From the IMG/VR virus record IMGVR_UViG_3300034061_003277, positions 479 to 64,478 of that record: 64,000 nt of DNA; one strand, given 5' to 3'. This document shows, one piece after another, positions 29,137 to 37,813 of this stretch; the first letter of the stretch is position 1; each line of letters starts with the position of its first letter. The stretch is from a virus (taxonomy: Duplodnaviria > Heunggongvirae > Uroviricota > Caudoviricetes). The translations under genes were made by a program, and so were the position numbers. The notes under the pieces are model-generated. The model saw nothing but the letters and a program-made list of their open reading frames with translations, was not told where the DNA came from and ran no database searches.

Positions 29137-29299
29137 AGTCAGGTGGCGGAATTGGTAGACGCTATCGTACTCAAGTAAGGCAAAGCAATGTAGATGAAAC
29201 GTCGTCACATGGTGAGTTAACACCTAAAAGTCTTTGGACTTGAAATCCAAAAAACCTTGAGTATGTTCTACAATACAGGTTCGAATCCTGTCCTGACTA
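29137..29299 (+). ncRNA. tRNA-like element B: split Ser(TGA)-type tRNA with ~70-nt insertion between D-arm and anticodon arm
   Basis: 5' AGTCAGG-tg-GCGGAATTGGTAGACGC (canonical type-II D-arm). Perfect anticodon arm TTTGGA-cuUGAaa-TCCAAA at 29233-29251. T-arm ACAGG-TTCGAAT-CCTGT and 3' CCTGACT. Confidence 0.4.
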
Positions 29300-29377
29300 C
29301 GCACCTACAATTGGGTAGGAAGTTGGCCGCCAACCAACAAGGGACAAAGGCTGACACCTCGGAAAGACGAGGAACAT

Positions 29378-29447
29378 AGACAGGTAGTTTAATTGGTAAA
29401 ATGTTCTCATACTGAGAAGAATACAGGTTCGAATCCTGTCCTGACTA
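29378..29447 (+). ncRNA. tRNA-like element C (acceptor/D/T canonical, anticodon arm replaced by tight hairpin)
   Basis: AGACAGG/CCTGACT acceptor (1 mismatch), D-loop aattggtaaa, T-arm ACAGG-TTCGAAT-CCTGT; central TTCTCA-tac-TGAGAA hairpin. Confidence 0.4.
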
Positions 29448-29549
29448 CAAAAACACATTAACTCAAGTACCCATACTGAGGACGATGGGCTAAGTAAGAT
29501 ACAATTCCGTCATGCAGGGAGTAGAATGCTTGAGAATGTGTTTAAATAT

Positions 29550-29654
29550 AGTCAGGTGATTTTTGGAAAACGCAGCACCTTCCAGGGTTGAGACTAACAG
29601 CTAATGGCACTCAGAATGATAAAGCTGAAGCAGGTTCGATTCCTGTCCTGACTA
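29550..29654 (+). ncRNA. tRNA-like element D (105 nt; shared acceptor and T-arm, expanded centre)
   Basis: AGTCAGG...GCAGG-TTCGATT-CCTGT-CCTGACT-A; 73-nt central region without canonical arms. Confidence 0.35.
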
Positions 29655-29670
29655 CTAAAAATAAAAATAT

Positions 29671-29913
29671 ATGGCAAAAGTAACAATTGAATTTGACCGT
29701 GATGAAGAAGCAAATGAGCTCCGCACCACACTAGATGGGAATAAGTATAAACATCTTATCTGGGAACTAGACCAAAAACTACGTAGTGTACATAAGTACG
29801 GAGCCGCTCTTGAAGGTGGTGGTGAAGCAACTGAAGCTGAAATGGAGGTATGTTATAAATTAAGAGACATTATTAGAGAAATGTTATTAAATGATAATTT
29901 AACAATAGAATAA
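29671..29913 (+). CDS. hypothetical protein
   Basis: 80 aa. Confidence 0.45.
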   Translation: MAKVTIEFDRDEEANELRTTLDGNKYKHLIWELDQKLRSVHKYGAALEGGGEATEAEMEVCYKLRDIIREMLLNDNLTIE

Positions 29914-29915
29914 AT

Positions 29916-30317
29916 ATGATTATATATTTAGATGATATACGAACACCAATTGAGACAGATTGGGTTGTTGTTAGAAATTATGATGAGTTTGTATCTAAAA
30001 TAACTGAAATTGGTTTAGATGATATTGAACTAATATCATTAGATCATGACCTAGGCGATTCAGCTATGAGGGAATGGCACACCAATGTATATCACAACTA
30101 CACCTTAGACTATAATAACATTACAGAGAAGACTGGAATGGATTGTGCTAGATGGTTAGTGGAACAATGGTTAAATGGAGCCCCAGTATGCCAAGTAATG
30201 ATTCACTCAGCTAACGCTGTTGGTAGTGCTAACATGATGGGTTATATTAACAACTATAAACATATCCATCATTTAGAACAAGACTGTGCTCGATGGGTAA
30301 TACCACATACAATATAA
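29916..30317 (+). CDS. hypothetical protein
   Basis: 133 aa. Confidence 0.45.
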   Translation: MIIYLDDIRTPIETDWVVVRNYDEFVSKITEIGLDDIELISLDHDLGDSAMREWHTNVYHNYTLDYNNITEKTGMDCARWLVEQWLNGAPVCQVMIHSANAVGSANMMGYINNYKHIHHLEQDCARWVIPHTI

Positions 30318-30519
30318 ACAACTAAAATTTAAATATATGTTTTCACTTATTTTATTTTCAGCATTAATTATTATGAATTATTATTCATATAAATTACATA
30401 ACGCAGATGGATCACGTGGTTGGGCTAACTTCTGTATGTTTAACATAGGGTTATGTTTTGTACAGGCTTTAGAAGCATTGGTAAAAGTATTAAATAATCT
30501 TTAAACCTTAACTTCTTAT

Positions 30520-30579
30520 CCTAGGCTTTTAGATATTTTATATTATCTTTATAGTATAAATTAAAAACAAATAAAAGTT
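30520..30579 (+). promoter_or_regulatory. class-II phage promoter
   Basis: cctaggcttttagatattttatattatctttatagtataaattaaaaacaaataaaagttATG. Confidence 0.6.
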
Positions 30580-31383
30580 ATGTTAGAAATCGACAATTCA
30601 TCATTTCTCAGCAAAGCTGAGATTAAAGAACGTGCCTCATCAGTATTTACTACTGTAAAAGGTGAAGCAACAAGTGAAAAATACACTCATATTCCAACTG
30701 ACCAAGTCATAGATGACATGGAAAAGTTAGGATGGGGAGTAGTAGACGCTAAACAAGTACGCGCTCGTAAGGGTGTAGGTTATCAAAAACATTTAGTTGT
30801 GTTTCGCAATCCGAATGTAGCTATTAATGGTGAGGATGGTGATGATGTGTTTCCACAAATTCTATTAACAAATTCACATGATGGTAAAAACGCATTTACT
30901 TTCACAGCTGGGTTGTTTAGAATGGTATGTGAGAATGGTTTAGTAATATCAACTCAAGAGTTTGAGAATCTAAAGATTCGCCACATGGGTTATAGTTTTA
31001 CTGAGTTACAAGCGACAATTACATCAATGGTAGAAAAATTACCACTAACTGTTGACAGTATGAACAAGCTAAAAGCAACTAAACTAAATCAAGAACAAAA
31101 AATTGATTTTGCTAAACGAGCACTTGAGACAAGATTTAGTAAAGAGGAGGTAGCTAACGTAACTATTAATATTGATGAGTTATTAGAACCAACACGTAAA
31201 GAAGATAGTGGTGATGATATTTGGAGCGTGTTTAATGTTATTCAAGAAAAGTTAATTCATGGCATGTTTGAGTACAAAACAGGAACCAAAGCGAGAAAAG
31301 CTCGCAAAATTAAGAACTTCAATCAGGACTTAAAAGTGAATGAGAAGTTATTTGAACTGGCGCTTGAATATGTAGCCGCATAA
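30580..31383 (+). CDS. DUF932-like phage/plasmid protein
   Basis: LLTNSHDGKNAFTFTAGLFRMVCENGLV resembles the DUF932 core; from memory, unverified. Confidence 0.35.
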   Translation: MLEIDNSSFLSKAEIKERASSVFTTVKGEATSEKYTHIPTDQVIDDMEKLGWGVVDAKQVRARKGVGYQKHLVVFRNPNVAINGEDGDDVFPQILLTNSHDGKNAFTFTAGLFRMVCENGLVISTQEFENLKIRHMGYSFTELQATITSMVEKLPLTVDSMNKLKATKLNQEQKIDFAKRALETRFSKEEVANVTINIDELLEPTRKEDSGDDIWSVFNVIQEKLIHGMFEYKTGTKARKARKIKNFNQDLKVNEKLFELALEYVAA

Positions 31384-31389
31384 TAAAAT

Positions 31390-31411
31390 GGGGCTACGGC
31401 CCCTTTTTTTT
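31390..31411 (+). terminator. rho-independent terminator
   Basis: ggggc-tac-ggcccc followed by T8. Confidence 0.75.
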
Positions 31412-31432
31412 ACAAATATAAAATAAAATAAA

Positions 31433-31609
31433 ATGAAAAAAGTTATGTTCACTGCGTTGCTGTTTATCCTAGCAAACGCGGGTATGTTATGGTTATGGTT
31501 GATACTATTTAGATCACCGTTACCCTGGATAACATGGATCGGGATTGTTACTCACATCTTTGTATTGTTTGGTCTCCCATATGAAAAAATGTTTAATATA
31601 AATAAATAA
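31433..31609 (+). CDS. 58-aa membrane protein (not in track)
   Basis: MKKVMFTALLFILANAGMLWLWLILF...; AAAGTTATG start context. Confidence 0.4.
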   Translation: MKKVMFTALLFILANAGMLWLWLILFRSPLPWITWIGIVTHIFVLFGLPYEKMFNINK

Positions 31610-31615
31610 ATAAAA

Positions 31616-32395
31616 ATGAAAAAAGTAGTTCTATTCTCAGCCGCTGCTGCGGCGATGTTATTCACAGCATGTAACCCTGTTCAACCTAATTTTGAAGGGG
31701 TATTAATGCAAAATTATGGCCGAAATGGAGTTCAAGACTTCAGTATTGTAACTGGTACTCAAGGTATGTTAGGCCCAGGTACTGAGTTATATCAGGTACC
31801 AATGTATGAACAAACAGCTGACCCTACTCAGGTAACTATTACTGCTAAGGACGCAGGTGTATTTACAGTAGATCCATCATTCACATATGAAGCAATTCGT
31901 GGTAAAGGTATTGATATTGTATTTAATTACAAGCATACTGGGTTTGATGATAATATGGATAACTTGGAAAATATGATTTTGAATCCAATTGTTATCAATG
32001 CGTTTAGGGAGGAAGCACGTAGTTTTACTACTGACTCATTGATGAATAATCTAAATATGTTCGAGTCTAGAGTACAGGAGCGTTTACGTGCTGAGTTTGA
32101 GAGTAAATTCTTTAAACTAAATAGTTTAACATCGGGTCTAACCCCACCAACTAGTATGGCTCAAGCAATTGAATCTCGAAATAACCAAAAGCAAATGGCT
32201 GAGCAGGTTCGGAATGAACTTGAAGTAGCACGTATGCAAAAGGAAAAAGCTCAAATTGAACAAGAAACTAATAAGATTATTTCTCAAGGTTTGACTAAGG
32301 AAATTTTATCACAACAGTGGATTGAAGCAATCCGTAACACAAGTAATAAGATTATTATTACAGACGGTAAAACACCAGTGATGTTACAACAATAA
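31616..32395 (+). CDS. lipoprotein, possibly SPFH/band-7-like
   Basis: Lipobox AAMLFTAC; C-terminal A/E/Q-rich helical region typical of SPFH proteins (weak). Confidence 0.4.
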   Translation: MKKVVLFSAAAAAMLFTACNPVQPNFEGVLMQNYGRNGVQDFSIVTGTQGMLGPGTELYQVPMYEQTADPTQVTITAKDAGVFTVDPSFTYEAIRGKGIDIVFNYKHTGFDDNMDNLENMILNPIVINAFREEARSFTTDSLMNNLNMFESRVQERLRAEFESKFFKLNSLTSGLTPPTSMAQAIESRNNQKQMAEQVRNELEVARMQKEKAQIEQETNKIISQGLTKEILSQQWIEAIRNTSNKIIITDGKTPVMLQQ

Positions 32396-32422
32396 GAATT
32401 AGTTTCTTATAATGTTATACTT

Positions 32423-32447
32423 AGCCCCGACCTAACCAGTCGGGGCT
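32423..32447 (+). terminator. rho-independent terminator-like hairpin
   Basis: agccccgac-ctaacc-agtcggggct then cTTTaT. Confidence 0.55.
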
Positions 32448-32523
32448 ACTTTATCCTTAACCTTTCATCCTAGACTCTTAAGTCTTTTATGTTATCTTTA
32501 TAGTATAAATTAAAAACAATAAT

Positions 32524-32808
32524 ATGAAATTAACGTTATCTAAAGCATGGATGAGTGATTGTCCCGAGTTAGTAGAAATTATTCAAGCGCAAAGGTTACA
32601 AGAAATTATTGATTACGCTAATGAAAGTATTGATAAAGCTAATGCAACATTAAAACGCCTAAATGAAATCCGTGAGTCAGCTATACTGGCATCTGAGATA
32701 AATGAATTGGTAGAAAATATAAATATGGTATTAGAACATATCTGGAACTGTGAGGCGTCACTTGAATGGGCACGAGCAGAAATGAAGGGAATGTTTTTTA
32801 TGAATTAA
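32524..32808 (+). CDS. hypothetical protein
   Basis: 94 aa; class-II promoter. Confidence 0.45.
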   Translation: MKLTLSKAWMSDCPELVEIIQAQRLQEIIDYANESIDKANATLKRLNEIRESAILASEINELVENINMVLEHIWNCEASLEWARAEMKGMFFMN

Positions 32809-32822
32809 AACAACACAAATAT

Positions 32823-32963
32823 ATGACTAAAAAAGAATTAGCAGCCGAGATCAAAGAACTAAATAAGTACTTAGATAAGAACCCATGGGATATAATCAAA
32901 CGCCAAGAACGTTCTTTACTTATAGAAGAGTTATGCGACGCCATTTTAAAATTAACCGAGTAA
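32823..32963 (+). CDS. hypothetical small protein (first ATG in track ORF 32766-32963)
   Basis: MTKKELAAEIKELNKYL... Confidence 0.3.
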   Translation: MTKKELAAEIKELNKYLDKNPWDIIKRQERSLLIEELCDAILKLTE

Positions 32964-33020
32964 TTTCATCCTAGATTTTCAAGCAAACTGTATTATCTTT
33001 ATAGTATAAATTAAAAACAT

Positions 33021-33743
33021 ATGGAAAAAATTTCAATTACTAGAGGTATTGACCTCAAATTCAACGACTCAATTATGAGACCGATGAAAACTAACTCTGA
33101 GTTAGATGTGATATTATCAGAAAATGGCGGTTTAATGCCCGCCACAAATATGGTAATAGCAGGTGGACCTGGTTCAGGTAAAACAACATTAACATTAGAT
33201 ATGTTAGCGCGTTTAACTGAAGAAGGACATAAAACACTATTCATCTCAGGTGAAATGGATGAGATTGGTTATTTTAAATACTGTAAACGATTGCCTCGTA
33301 TCGCTAAAGTACCAGTTTTGTTTTTGAAAAATTATGCTGATAAGTTAGCGCCAACACTTATTCAAGTATTAGATGAAGGATATGATGTAGTAGTAATTGA
33401 TAGTGTAGCGGAAGTATTAGGTATGTTTAGAGACATATATAAAACGACTGAAGTAGCTGGTGAACGTTGGTTATTAGAGTTACAAGATAAACATAAAATG
33501 GGTAATAACTCAGCTAATACACATACTTGTTTTATCAATATTCAACAAGTAACTAAAGCAGGTCAATTTGCAGGTAGTAATAGATTGAAACATATGACTG
33601 ATGCAATGGGTATTATTAAACGTGATTCAGATACAGCTGAAAGAAGATTACAATTCGATAAGAACCGAGATGGTAATACAGATCAAGTTGTAACGTTTAC
33701 AATCAGACCAGATTTTATTGAATATGGGTTTGAGAGTATATAA
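33021..33743 (+). CDS. RecA-fold ATPase (Sak4/RadB-like minimal recombinase or DnaB-C-like)
   Basis: Walker A IAGGPGSGKTTLTLDM, Walker B VVVIDSV; ~240 aa. Confidence 0.55.
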   Translation: MEKISITRGIDLKFNDSIMRPMKTNSELDVILSENGGLMPATNMVIAGGPGSGKTTLTLDMLARLTEEGHKTLFISGEMDEIGYFKYCKRLPRIAKVPVLFLKNYADKLAPTLIQVLDEGYDVVVIDSVAEVLGMFRDIYKTTEVAGERWLLELQDKHKMGNNSANTHTCFINIQQVTKAGQFAGSNRLKHMTDAMGIIKRDSDTAERRLQFDKNRDGNTDQVVTFTIRPDFIEYGFESI

Positions 33744-33776
33744 GTGGTGAGGAAATAATAATAAATAAATCAAAGT

Positions 33777-33995
33777 ATGAGTAAAAAAGTAGGGAGAGTA
33801 ACGAATTTGTACAACAAAGCTAAACGTCAATTAGAAAAGAACCAATTAGAAGATGCTAGGGATACATTAGATACATGTTTGCTAGTGTTAGCTATGGAGA
33901 CAGAACACGGGTTAGAAACAATTGATAATGTTAAAACAGATTTATGGAAGGATCGTGTATGGTTGTTACTAGAAGAGAAACAACTATTATATTAA
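33777..33995 (+). CDS. hypothetical protein
   Basis: 72 aa. Confidence 0.4.
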   Translation: MSKKVGRVTNLYNKAKRQLEKNQLEDARDTLDTCLLVLAMETEHGLETIDNVKTDLWKDRVWLLLEEKQLLY

Positions 33996-34070
33996 GTACA
34001 CTCAAACTTTTTATCCTAGACTTTTAAATAAGATGTATTATCTTTATAGTATAAATTAAAAACATATAAT

Positions 34071-34319
34071 ATGAGATTTAGATTAGAAAATGAAGCACCA
34101 CAAACAACGATTGAAATAACAATCGAGAATATCTTAACTGATAGTGGTATTGAACAAAGTGAGATCCAATTCCGAGGTGATAAACGTTATTTAAGAGTGG
34201 GGTATTGGAACCGTTTAAGTGAAGATATATTAGCTAGGTTAAACAATTATGTCAAAGGCGAGTCCGAGATGTATGATGAGGATTGTGGTTATTTATTTTA
34301 TTACGAAATCAAACACTAA
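34071..34319 (+). CDS. hypothetical protein
   Basis: 82 aa; class-II promoter. Confidence 0.45.
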   Translation: MRFRLENEAPQTTIEITIENILTDSGIEQSEIQFRGDKRYLRVGYWNRLSEDILARLNNYVKGESEMYDEDCGYLFYYEIKH

Positions 34320-34324
34320 CATAT

Positions 34325-34501
34325 ATGAGAAAATTTACAATTGAGTACTCAGGCAAAACGATGGATCAATTTCCTGAACATAGATTTAACCCATACCCAG
34401 CAACAGCACCAGCATGGGAGGTGTTAGATCAAAACGGAGCATCTAGGTTTGTTGGTTCATACCAAGCATGTGAGAATTTTATTCAAATATTCAGTAACTA
34501 A
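34325..34501 (+). CDS. hypothetical protein (ATG 34325; track ORF 34283 begins at TTG)
   Basis: MRKFTIEYSGKTMDQF... Confidence 0.4.
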   Translation: MRKFTIEYSGKTMDQFPEHRFNPYPATAPAWEVLDQNGASRFVGSYQACENFIQIFSN

Positions 34502-34507
34502 ATAACT

Positions 34508-34750
34508 ATGGAAAAGAAACAAACTGCGGTTGATACCCTTATTGAAATATTAGTTCAAGAATGTGGGTTTGATAATGAAACAGAAACAGCTCAACGAGTT
34601 ATTTTATTAGCCAAAAAAATGGAGAAGGAGCAGATTGAAATGGCTTGTAACCAACAAGAATTTGAGGATATTGATGGTCTTGGAATCTGCGAAACAATTT
34701 CTAAAGGTGAACAATACTACAACGAAACTTACGGAGAAACTAAAAACTAA
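34508..34750 (+). CDS. YYNETYGG-family small protein (paralog 4)
   Basis: MEKKQTAVDTL...KKMEKEQI...EQYYNETYGE. Confidence 0.5.
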   Translation: MEKKQTAVDTLIEILVQECGFDNETETAQRVILLAKKMEKEQIEMACNQQEFEDIDGLGICETISKGEQYYNETYGETKN

Positions 34751-34756
34751 ATAACT

Positions 34757-34924
34757 ATGGAAAAAGAAAAGAAAAAATACGATTTTAATAAACCATCTAA
34801 AGAACTTCCAACTGATGAGGAAATATATGAACTTGCTGAAAAAATATTAGCGGTTGATTATCTGAGTTTCACGGAAGGTGCTAAATGGATGAGAGATAAA
34901 ATCAAAGGAGGTAACAATGAGTAA
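34757..34924 (+). CDS. 55-aa ORF (not in track)
   Basis: MEKEKKKYDFNKPSKELPTDEEIYELAEKILAVDYLSF...; stop overlaps next ATG. Confidence 0.3.
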   Translation: MEKEKKKYDFNKPSKELPTDEEIYELAEKILAVDYLSFTEGAKWMRDKIKGGNNE

Positions 34925-35201
34925 TCTAGAAATAACAAAGGTCTCTGAATTAGAAGCAAACACTACAAGAGTATGTGAAATCAAATTTAATTGTCTAGTC
35001 ACAATGCATGATGTTGCTTACAAAAAATATAAAGGTGTATGGGGTCAAGAAAAACAATCAAAGATACCACAATGGTTTAAAGCAAACCAAACAATAACAT
35101 TAGAAGGTGTTAAAGATGCTGACCCATATGAACTTGGAATGAGGATTAAACAAATGTTTAATCAAATGGAAGACACAATTAACAAGTATGAAAATGAGTA
35201 A
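34917..35201 (+). CDS. hypothetical protein, paralog of 23896-24177
   Basis: See 23896 entry. Confidence 0.55.
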   Translation: MSNLEITKVSELEANTTRVCEIKFNCLVTMHDVAYKKYKGVWGQEKQSKIPQWFKANQTITLEGVKDADPYELGMRIKQMFNQMEDTINKYENE

Positions 35202-35391
35202 ACAAACAGCGGTTGAATGGTTGGAAGAGCAATACTATGAATCAGAAGGTAAATTAACAAGACATGATTTTGACCAAGCCAAGCAAATGGAAAAGGAGCA
35301 GATTGTTGAATCCCACCACGATGGATACAATGACGGTTATTCAAAAAACAATGCTTCATCAGCTAAATACTATCACGAAAATTATAAATAA
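35188..35391 (+). CDS. YYNETYGG-family small protein (paralog 5, divergent C-terminus KYYHENYK)
   Basis: MKMSKQTAVEWLEEQYY...AKQMEKEQI. Confidence 0.45.
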   Translation: MKMSKQTAVEWLEEQYYESEGKLTRHDFDQAKQMEKEQIVESHHDGYNDGYSKNNASSAKYYHENYK

Positions 35392-35398
35392 ACACAAC

Positions 35399-35884
35399 AT
35401 GAACGTAGCAGAAATCAAACACAAAGTAGCAGAGCTAATACTCGAATCAAAGACAAAATGGGAAAAAACATTTAATGGTATTGAACCACCCACACAAGCA
35501 GAACGAGACGAATATGAACAACATCATAAACTCACTAACAGCAAAATCAAACAAATCGTTCCACGAGAACTACAACTGAGCATAGGTTTAACTGGGTGTG
35601 CTAAGACAGTGTGGAATGGTGATGTTGATAGAGAGATTGAAGCAGAGTTTGGTAAAGGTAATGGTGTGTATTGTGATAGTGAGTCAGGTATGTTTTATGC
35701 TAAAGCATCACCTAAAATGGTTCATAAATTGATTCGATTCATTGATTATAAGTTTCCAAACGAACTTGAACTAAGTATATCACCAACAGGTGATTGGGAT
35801 GATAATGGTAACCCATGGTTTTACAATTGGAATAGTATGGAACGTTATTTTAAGGAGTTAGAACAAGATGCCGAAAACTCTTAA
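35399..35884 (+). CDS. hypothetical protein (ATG 35399; track ORF 35264 overlaps previous gene)
   Basis: MNVAEIKHKVAELILESKTKWEK... Confidence 0.45.
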   Translation: MNVAEIKHKVAELILESKTKWEKTFNGIEPPTQAERDEYEQHHKLTNSKIKQIVPRELQLSIGLTGCAKTVWNGDVDREIEAEFGKGNGVYCDSESGMFYAKASPKMVHKLIRFIDYKFPNELELSISPTGDWDDNGNPWFYNWNSMERYFKELEQDAENS

Positions 35885-35935
35885 CCTAGACTTTTAAGTG
35901 AATTGTATTATCTTTATAGTATAAATTAAAAACAT
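35885..35935 (+). promoter_or_regulatory. class-II phage promoter (archetype)
   Basis: CCTAGActtttaagtgaattgtatTAtcTTTatagtataaattaaaaacatATG. Confidence 0.65.
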
Positions 35936-36124
35936 ATGACAACAAAAGAACTAACACAACAGACAAGACTGTTAATGGTGAAACACCCCGAACTGAAAGA
36001 AACATTTATGAGCCTACACGAACTAGCTATAACTGAAATACAAGATGGTGGTAACGAGTCAGTAGAATGTGAACGAGCATTAGAAGACATGAATGAAGAG
36101 ATTAAAGAGTACCTTAACTCTTAA
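35936..36124 (+). CDS. hypothetical protein
   Basis: 62 aa. Confidence 0.45.
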   Translation: MTTKELTQQTRLLMVKHPELKETFMSLHELAITEIQDGGNESVECERALEDMNEEIKEYLNS

Positions 36125-36181
36125 TCCTAGATCCTCAAGTATATTATATTATCTTTATAGTATAAATTAAAAACATATAAT

Positions 36182-36391
36182 ATGAAATTTCAATGTATTA
36201 AAGGTTTCGCAACATCAGATAACATATCTGTAGTTGCAATGGAAGGTGATGTGGTTATGTTAATTTCAACTGATGAAGGCGAAGTTTTAGTTACAGGAAT
36301 AGCTGGGTGGTGTAATGGATTTGAATTAAACTTCACACCAAGAGAATTCACTACACATTTCAGAACAGTTGGAATCACATATACCATTTAA
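36182..36391 (+). CDS. hypothetical protein
   Basis: 69 aa. Confidence 0.45.
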   Translation: MKFQCIKGFATSDNISVVAMEGDVVMLISTDEGEVLVTGIAGWCNGFELNFTPREFTTHFRTVGITYTI

Positions 36392-36418
36392 GATAAAATA
36401 AATCAAAAATATATAATT

Positions 36419-36925
36419 ATGAGTAACTTAAAAGGACAATTAGACGCATTACAAGCGCAATTAGAAGATTTACGATCACAATTTACATTGAAACAACCAA
36501 CAGAGTTTGAGCCGTGTTGTACTGATGAATGTACGTGTGAAGAATCTGAAAAAGTGGAACGTACTAAATTCACAGTTATAGCAGATGATAATGGGCCTGA
36601 ATATGACAGTGCAGGGTTTAGTGAAGCAGATCGCGAACCAGAACAAACAATCACATTTACTAAAGAAGAACTAATCACACTTGCCGCTAAATTAATGGAA
36701 CGAGCCATATCAGCAGTTAAAGAAGCAGTTGATGATACTAATTTAGACGCTGATAATTTAGTTGATTTATCAATGGGTTATGGTTATCAAATCGAGATTG
36801 AATTAGATACAGATCAGATTACCAGGTCTATCAATGATGAAATTGATAATACTATTGAGTTAGATAATGACTCAGTTGAAGATGAGTTATATGATATTTT
36901 GAGAGAAATGGAGAAAGTAAGTTAA
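36419..36925 (+). CDS. acidic coiled-coil protein
   Basis: 168 aa, D/E-rich. Confidence 0.45.
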   Translation: MSNLKGQLDALQAQLEDLRSQFTLKQPTEFEPCCTDECTCEESEKVERTKFTVIADDNGPEYDSAGFSEADREPEQTITFTKEELITLAAKLMERAISAVKEAVDDTNLDADNLVDLSMGYGYQIEIELDTDQITRSINDEIDNTIELDNDSVEDELYDILREMEKVS

Positions 36926-36953
36926 TGTGTGTGTGTTTTAATTTATAACAATT

Positions 36954-36977
36954 GTGGGGGTTAACACCCCCACTTTT
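36954..36977 (+). terminator. rho-independent terminator
   Basis: gtggggg-ttaaca-cccccac then TTTT. Confidence 0.7.
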
Positions 36978-37031
36978 AATCCTAGACTCCCAAGTAAACG
37001 ATATTATCTTTATAGTATAAATTAAAAACAT

Positions 37032-37508
37032 ATGATTAAATTTATCGAAACAGATTCAGGACGTATCAGCAGTGGATACACTCATGAACACAACGACTGC
37101 ACAGTGCGAGCATTAGCAGAAGTAACTGGTGCAAGTTATGCCCAAGCACATTCATTTTGGACAAAGTTAGGTCGCACACCACGTCATGGTTCATATATGA
37201 GTTGGTTAGATGATTATTTAATTAAGAATAATAATGAATTGTTTGGTTGGAAAGTGGTTAGACATAGAATACCATATCATGATCACGAACGTGAACGTGA
37301 TCCAATTACACGCAAACCAACAGTAAAACGCCTTAATGTTAAAACATTTATACAACAAAACCCAAAAGGTCGATTCATGACAATTAATCGTAGCCATGCT
37401 AAAGCAATTGTTAATGGTGAGATACGAGATTTAGATCAGGGAATATATAGTGAGTTAATGTTGGTATATGAATTTAAAGACTCTAGATTTTCAACCCTAG
37501 ACTTTTAA
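37032..37508 (+). CDS. hypothetical protein
   Basis: 158 aa. Confidence 0.45.
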   Translation: MIKFIETDSGRISSGYTHEHNDCTVRALAEVTGASYAQAHSFWTKLGRTPRHGSYMSWLDDYLIKNNNELFGWKVVRHRIPYHDHERERDPITRKPTVKRLNVKTFIQQNPKGRFMTINRSHAKAIVNGEIRDLDQGIYSELMLVYEFKDSRFSTLDF

Positions 37509-37551
37509 GTGAGTTACATTATCTTTATAGTATAAATTAAAAACATATAAT

Positions 37552-37794
37552 ATGACAGTTAGACAATTAAGAGAAATGTTAGCGGATTTTGACGCAGACA
37601 TGGAGGTACGATTCGCATACAACTATGGCGATTATTGGAACAGCGAAGTCGCAGCAGATATAACTGAAGCAGACATAGGACAAGTCCAATACTCAGCATA
37701 TCATAAATCAGACAAGGTTGTTGACCCTGATAAAGATAATGATGATGACAGCATAAATGCCTTAACCGCCCCACACGTAGTGATTTTAAGATAA
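37552..37794 (+). CDS. hypothetical protein
   Basis: 80 aa. Confidence 0.45.
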   Translation: MTVRQLREMLADFDADMEVRFAYNYGDYWNSEVAADITEADIGQVQYSAYHKSDKVVDPDKDNDDDSINALTAPHVVILR

Positions 37795-37813
37795 ATAATA
37801 AAAATAACATAAC

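Noticed and set aside
28805-29654. tRNA 3' fragments as phage attP sites for integration into host tRNA genes
   Set aside because: No integrase or recombinase gene is present in the window and each element carries both acceptor strands. Prophage-attachment explanation not supported.
28681-29665. tmRNA hypothesis for the tRNA-like block (tRNA-like ends plus internal tag ORF)
   Set aside because: No plausible tag-peptide reading frame (…A-A stop with resume codon) or pseudoknot series could be found. The four elements each have their own 5' and 3' acceptor strands, so they are separate units.
31616-32395. Firm SPFH/prohibitin call for the lipoprotein
   Set aside because: It rests only on compositional resemblance of the C-terminal helical region. 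Kept at low confidence.
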